From the NCBI GenBank assembly GCA_000004985.1, contig GG739231.1: a DNA stretch of 36,114 nucleotides, one strand, 5' to 3'. A model generated the notes under the pieces. That model was not told where the DNA came from. It saw only the letters and a program-made list of their open reading frames with translations, and made no database searches. The stretch is from Naegleria gruberi (Eukaryota). A program made the position numbers and the translations under genes. Positions 34,626 to 36,114 of the stretch are shown in pieces (positions within the stretch are counted from its first letter, which is position 1; each line of letters starts with the position of its first letter).

Positions 34626-35291
34626 ATGTTGTCAATTTCCACTCCTCTATGGATTTTGGTCTTCCTTCTCTCAGTTTTGATTGCAATTGAATATTCCAAG
34701 TTTCAATTTGTTTCTAATAATTCATCAACAGCAACCCAACAACCAAATTATATTTACAACAATTACACAACCATTCAATCAAAATATTCAACTAGATCAT
34801 TAGAAACCAATGCCAATGACAATATTAAGAGCTCTAATAACCCTCCTTCTTCTCTTCCTTCCCCACCAATTCCAAAACTCACAATTCAATTCATTTCTGA
34901 AAATGTCCAATACATTAATACTGGTTATCTTCAAGAAAAGTTTACAAAATCACTCAGTTCATTGACAGTCCCTCCAAAAATTCAATTCGAATTCAAAAGA
35001 TTAAAATCCATAGATGAAATCACTAAGAATTCATTCTTCCTCTTAATTGTACAATCCACAAGATTCCACGATGAAGAAAGGGAACATCTCTTGAAGAAGT
35101 ATACAAAGGATATTCCATTAGATCAATGTGCTGTCATTTTCGTATGTCTTTCAGATTTGATTAGATTGACTAAAGATCAAACTATGGGAAGAGATGTTTT
35201 CAGTGTGAAATGGAATGAAAATGTCAAACAAATTAATGAAAGAGATGAAAAAACAATTGGAAAATTGATTGAAAAAATTATTGGTGAATAA
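34626..35291 (+). CDS. Hypothetical secretory-pathway protein, 221 aa: N-terminal signal peptide or signal anchor, N/S/T/P-rich stalk, small C-terminal domain
   Basis: ATG at 34626 (context aaacATGt) starts MLSISTPLWILVFLLSVLIAIEYSKF…. This is a 17-residue uninterrupted hydrophobic core straight after the Met. It is followed by a low-complexity stalk with NxS/T sequons (NNSS, NYTT): SNNSSTATQQPNYIYNNYTTIQSKYSTRSLETNANDNIKSSNNPPSSLPSPPIPK. A C-terminal region of about 130 aa follows (…FFLLIVQSTRFHDEEREHLLKKYTKDIPLDQCAVIFVCLSDL…KLIEKIIGE). The stop is TAA at 35289-35291. The ORF track starts it at 34593, which is a TTG. The first in-frame ATG is 34626. The frame is additionally open upstream to 34452 (see findings). 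Confidence 0.7.
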   Translation: MLSISTPLWILVFLLSVLIAIEYSKFQFVSNNSSTATQQPNYIYNNYTTIQSKYSTRSLETNANDNIKSSNNPPSSLPSPPIPKLTIQFISENVQYINTGYLQEKFTKSLSSLTVPPKIQFEFKRLKSIDEITKNSFFLLIVQSTRFHDEEREHLLKKYTKDIPLDQCAVIFVCLSDLIRLTKDQTMGRDVFSVKWNENVKQINERDEKTIGKLIEKIIGE

Positions 35292-35292
35292 A
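35287..35292 (+). promoter_or_regulatory. AATAAA hexamer overlapping the TAA stop of the 221-aa protein gene (possible polyadenylation/positioning element)
   Basis: The sequence ggtgAATAAAct contains AATAAA, with TAA at 35289-35291 embedded in it. AT-rich context makes a chance occurrence plausible. It is only meaningful if the genome is eukaryotic. Confidence 0.2.
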
Positions 35293-35326
35293 CTTTGACA
35301 GCTCGAGTTGGACAATAATCTTTACA

Positions 35327-35332
35327 TTTATT
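35327..35332 (-). promoter_or_regulatory. AATAAA hexamer (minus strand) overlapping the TAA stop of the nucleotidyltransferase gene
   Basis: Plus strand 35327-35332 is tttatt. On the minus strand it reads …attAAATAAAtgt…, with the stop TAA (35330-35328) inside AATAAA. It is the mirror image of the arrangement on the convergent gene 36 bp away. Confidence 0.2.
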
Positions 35333-36114
35333 TAATATGGTTAGCGAAATGATTATTGTAAAACTGATCACCAAAATCACTTCTCAACAAATTCTCCAAC
35401 TTTGCTTTGTTAGCTTTTCCAATTCCTTTCGTGTATTGAGTTCTAATTTCCATGTCACTAATGAATTTACCACTTTTAACTTGTTCAATTATGAATGATT
35501 TAGTTTTGGCATCTGCAGAATATCCCTTCAAAAGGAATTTGTAAAATCTCATCAACTTTGTTGGATTGCCAGAAACCCAAAATTCCCAATCTCTTGGTTT
35601 TACAGGAATTCGTAAATTTTTTGAAATTACGTCCTTAATTCCTTGCCCATTTCCAATAGTATCAATAATGCACTTATTGATTGGATCATACCAAAGAGAA
35701 TTACATGTGAAATCTCTACAAATGTTTTCTCCTCTCAGATTAGTTCCATAACATTGAGCAATTTGTGCTTTCACACTCTTATTATCATTATTTAAACCAT
35801 TAATGGCTTTACCTTCCAGGAATAGATCAGAACCATTGGAGCTTCCTACTTGAACTAGTCCACGGGGTCCAGGAATTGGAACACCTGATTTATATTTTCG
35901 AGTGAGGCGTCCATGAAATGTTTGTGGATCACAACCAAATCCAATATCAATATCCTTAATATTATTCATAATTTGTAAGGCATTGGTCTTTTTTTCAACA
36001 ATCACTTCTCTAATGACATCTCTGACAGCTCCTCCAACAATAAATATTGGAATATCATGCTGTTCTCTCATGTATTTCATAACATCGATATAGGTAGCAT
36101 TGGGCTCACTCCAT
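35328..36114 (-). CDS. Class II nucleotidyltransferase (CCA-adding enzyme / poly(A) polymerase family, PolyA_pol head domain plus neck); short form without body/tail domains; 5' end open at the window edge
   Basis: Translation …YIDVMKYMREQHDIPIFIVGGAVRDVIREVIVEKKTNALQIMNNIKDIDIGFGCDPQTFHGRLTRKYKSG…RGENICRDFTCNSLWYDPINKCIIDTIGNGQGIKDVISKNLRIPVKPRDWEFWVSGNPTKLMRFYKFLLKGY…NHIK*. GGAVRD plus DIDI matches motif A (GGxVRD…DxD metal carboxylates). CRDFTCNS matches the RRD(F/L)TxNA motif. GxGxxDxxxxxLR and NPTKLMRFYKFL match the (E)DPLRxLRxxRF neck helix. The stop TAA is at 35330-35328. The frame stays open upstream of the ATG at 36080 right to base 36114 (…WSEPNATYIDV-M), so the true start may be 36080 or lie beyond the window. 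It is 262 or more codons, against about 410-550 for canonical CCA enzymes. Confidence 0.8.
   Translation of the reverse strand, partial: WSEPNATYIDVMKYMREQHDIPIFIVGGAVRDVIREVIVEKKTNALQIMNNIKDIDIGFGCDPQTFHGRLTRKYKSGVPIPGPRGLVQVGSSNGSDLFLEGKAINGLNNDNKSVKAQIAQCYGTNLRGENICRDFTCNSLWYDPINKCIIDTIGNGQGIKDVISKNLRIPVKPRDWEFWVSGNPTKLMRFYKFLLKGYSADAKTKSFIIEQVKSGKFISDMEIRTQYTKGIGKANKAKLENLLRSDFGDQFYNNHFANHIK

Noticed and set aside
35177-35380. 67-aa minus ORF (MILVISFTIIISLTILNKCKDYCPTRAVKVY…) and the 61-aa plus ORF at 35566..35751
   Set aside because: Both are fully embedded antisense to, or out of frame with, the two well-supported genes. They are hydrophobic low-complexity artefacts of AT-rich sequence.
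1-36114. Alternative genetic codes (ciliate TAA/TAG=Gln; Mycoplasma/mitochondrial TGA=Trp) as explanation for the internal TGA (1015) and TAG (328)
   Set aside because: TAA terminates both right-flank proteins at natural-looking C-termini (…KLIEKIIGE*, …FANHIK*). These would otherwise run into each other. All six Trp in the intact genes are TGG, none TGA. The standard code fits best, so the internal stops are more likely pseudogene lesions.
1-36114. CRISPR arrays, tRNA/rRNA genes, tandem repeats, transposon ends
   Set aside because: None is detectable in the 3.2 kb of readable sequence. There are no repeat-spacer periodicity, no cloverleaf-compatible segments and no long direct or terminal inverted repeats. 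Nothing can be said about the 32.9-kb N block.

Overview
Only about 3.2 kb of this 36,114-base window is real sequence: 1-1489 and 34358-36114. Positions 1490-34357 are one uninterrupted run of 32,868 N (91% of the window). No feature or 'system' can be called inside it. The ORF-track entries that span it (10,970-11,174 aa of X) are artefacts. The visible flanks are AT-rich (about one third G+C). They use the standard genetic code: TAA and TGA both end complete-looking proteins, and all six Trp codons in the two intact genes are TGG. The flanks are gene-dense, with 139 bp between two tandem genes and 36 bp between two convergent stop codons. This looks like a compact AT-rich eukaryote (protist or yeast-like) or a large AT-rich virus, and I cannot tell which. 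Several ORF-track 'M' starts are TTG and not ATG (table-11 style), so I re-set starts where an ATG is evident. The right flank holds three things. (1) The 3' end of a + strand gene coming out of the gap and stopping at 34486. (2) A 221-aa secretory-pathway protein (34626-35291). It has an N-terminal hydrophobic signal or anchor, an Asn/Ser/Thr/Pro-rich stalk with N-glycosylation sequons, and a small C-terminal domain. (3) Convergent to it, a class II nucleotidyltransferase of the CCA-adding enzyme / poly(A) polymerase family (35328 to beyond 36114). It carries the GGAVRD, DIDI and RDFTCN signatures and a neck helix, but stops about 60 residues after the neck. The left flank, on the - strand, holds the C-terminal part of a gene whose 5' end is in the gap. 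This is followed by an 860-bp stretch carrying protein-kinase-like motif fragments (LVQQY hinge-like, KRDLKPE catalytic-loop-like, a Gly-loop/VAIK-like stretch, DYG, PIK). They lie in two reading frames and are broken by two frame switches and two in-frame stops, so this is most likely a decayed kinase pseudogene. Additional observations: the frame upstream of the 221-aa protein's ATG stays open for 58 codons, overlapping the stop of the upstream ORF in exactly +1 register. Both convergent genes have AATAAA overlapping their stop codons.
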